This document shows positions 34,059 through 34,749 of a stretch of DNA of 34,749 bases, one piece after another. This DNA is from Pseudomonadota bacterium (GTDB taxonomy: Bacteria; Pseudomonadota; Alphaproteobacteria; Rhizobiales; CALHAX01). The translations under genes were made by a program, and so were the position numbers. Location of the stretch: the NCBI GenBank assembly GCA_038523655.1, contig JBCBJG010000002.1, forward strand, positions 1 through 34,749, in the 5' to 3' direction. Below the pieces are notes generated by a model. That model worked only from the letters and a program-made list of their open reading frames with translations. It was not told the DNA's origin and did not search any database. How positions within the stretch are numbered: position 1 is the first letter of the stretch; every line of letters starts with the position of its first letter.

Positions 34059-34749
34059 GTGAGTAAAAAACGGCGTTCCATGAAGCGAAAGCGCCATTCG
34101 GTCAGCCGAGCGCGGCGTCGCTTCAGCATTCTCGGCGGCCTCGTGATGGTGGCTGTCGCGGCATTTGTTTTCCTGCCGGCGAAAGAGAAAGCGGGCCTGC
34201 GAGCATACTTCGAGCCACTAAATCTCGAACGGACGCAAACTGCATCGACCGACACGCGTCGGGAGGCCTTTCGGCCCGGACGGGTGCGCCGCGAACTGCG
34301 CAACGCGGGATGGAGCCAAATCAGCTTCGTCGATCGCCAGTTGCCGACCTACATCGTGCGCGGCTGTTTGAATGACCGGTTCTTCGAGGCCCGTGTGGAT
34401 CGCTTCGCCACGGTTCTCGGTCGCCGTTCACTTGGCGCCTGTGATAACGCCGCGCGTGACCGACGGGTTGCTGATGCGCGCAGCGTCGACGCGCGTGATG
34501 ACCAGCGTGCGACGCCGCGCCGGTTCGGCGAGGGAGGTTTTTCCAACCCGCTTGCCGGTCCGCGTGACGATGTCCGCGACGATCGTGACAACGCGGCGAA
34601 TGCACGTCGCCCGCGGTTCGGCGACGACGGTTTCCGGGCGCCGCGCGCACGCGACGACCGCCGCGCAGATCGGGCCGACCAGCGCCCTTCCCCTCCGCGG
34701 ATGTCGCGTTGCTCGTCTGCTCTTTCGGAGACCTGCGAACGCGGCATCC
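34059..34749 (+). CDS. hypothetical membrane-anchored protein, 3'-partial (runs off the window)
   Basis: This ORF is not in the supplied track because it has no stop. The frame is open from 34017 to the window end. The GTG at 34059 is preceded by GGGGAGA. An ATG lies at 34080. The basic N-terminus (KKRRSMKRKRH) is followed by a TM segment (FSILGGLVMVAVAAFVFLP), a PepSY-like segment (AGWSQISFVDRQLPTYIVRGCLNDRFFEARVD) and two RFG[ED][GD]GF repeats. Third codon positions are G/C-rich. Confidence 0.55.
   Translation, partial: MSKKRRSMKRKRHSVSRARRRFSILGGLVMVAVAAFVFLPAKEKAGLRAYFEPLNLERTQTASTDTRREAFRPGRVRRELRNAGWSQISFVDRQLPTYIVRGCLNDRFFEARVDRFATVLGRRSLGACDNAARDRRVADARSVDARDDQRATPRRFGEGGFSNPLAGPRDDVRDDRDNAANARRPRFGDDGFRAPRARDDRRADRADQRPSPPRMSRCSSALSETCERGI

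Noticed and set aside
34321-34747. Minus-strand ORFs at 34321-34650 and 34349-34747 at the window end.
   Set aside because: Their translations are Arg/Ser-rich and featureless. The plus-strand frame has an RBS, a TM helix and better codon bias, so the plus strand is preferred.

Overview
This is a visibly GC-rich, gene-dense chromosomal window. Gene content and signals (FtsL type, a TTAA-N7-TTAA box, a Liv-type ABC cluster with an acyl-CoA ligase, a type A RNase P RNA) suggest an alphaproteobacterium; that placement is inference only. I support about 32 protein-coding genes plus one RNA gene.

Gene order, left to right:
- The 3' end of an alpha/beta hydrolase gene.
- A TPR-sulfotransferase fusion.
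- An alpha/beta hydrolase and EamA transporter pair.
- An MscS-type channel.
- A TPR lipoprotein.
- A FAH-family hydrolase.
- A six-gene operon: acyl-CoA ligase, LivG-, LivH- and LivM-like proteins, a solute-binding protein and a LivF-like protein.
- An ankyrin-repeat protein translationally coupled to a type II haloacid dehalogenase.
- A long minus-strand run: ferredoxin-reductase-like flavoprotein, small Cys-free protein, non-pyrrolysine MttB-family methyltransferase, MFS transporter, agmatinase-family ureohydrolase, DM13 protein, PLP-dependent dehydratase.
- A second EamA transporter.
- A DAO-type flavoprotein and HAD hydrolase pair, divergent from a class II aldolase.
- A truncated division/cell-wall (dcw) cluster, rsmH-ftsL-ftsI, lacking both mraZ and murE.
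- A membrane-anchored SGNH-like protein.
- rnpB (RNase P RNA, minus strand).
- A roughly 500 bp non-coding stretch.
- A 3'-open ORF that the supplied ORF track does not list.

I found no CRISPR array, transposase, integrase, tRNA or rRNA. The most promising candidate for an undescribed system is the MttB-centred operon at 18130-23675, which lacks any corrinoid partner. Other leads are the broken dcw cluster with a perfect CtrA-type box, the ankyrin-dehalogenase coupling and the non-coding region beside rnpB. All family assignments come from reading the translations by eye. No searches were run.
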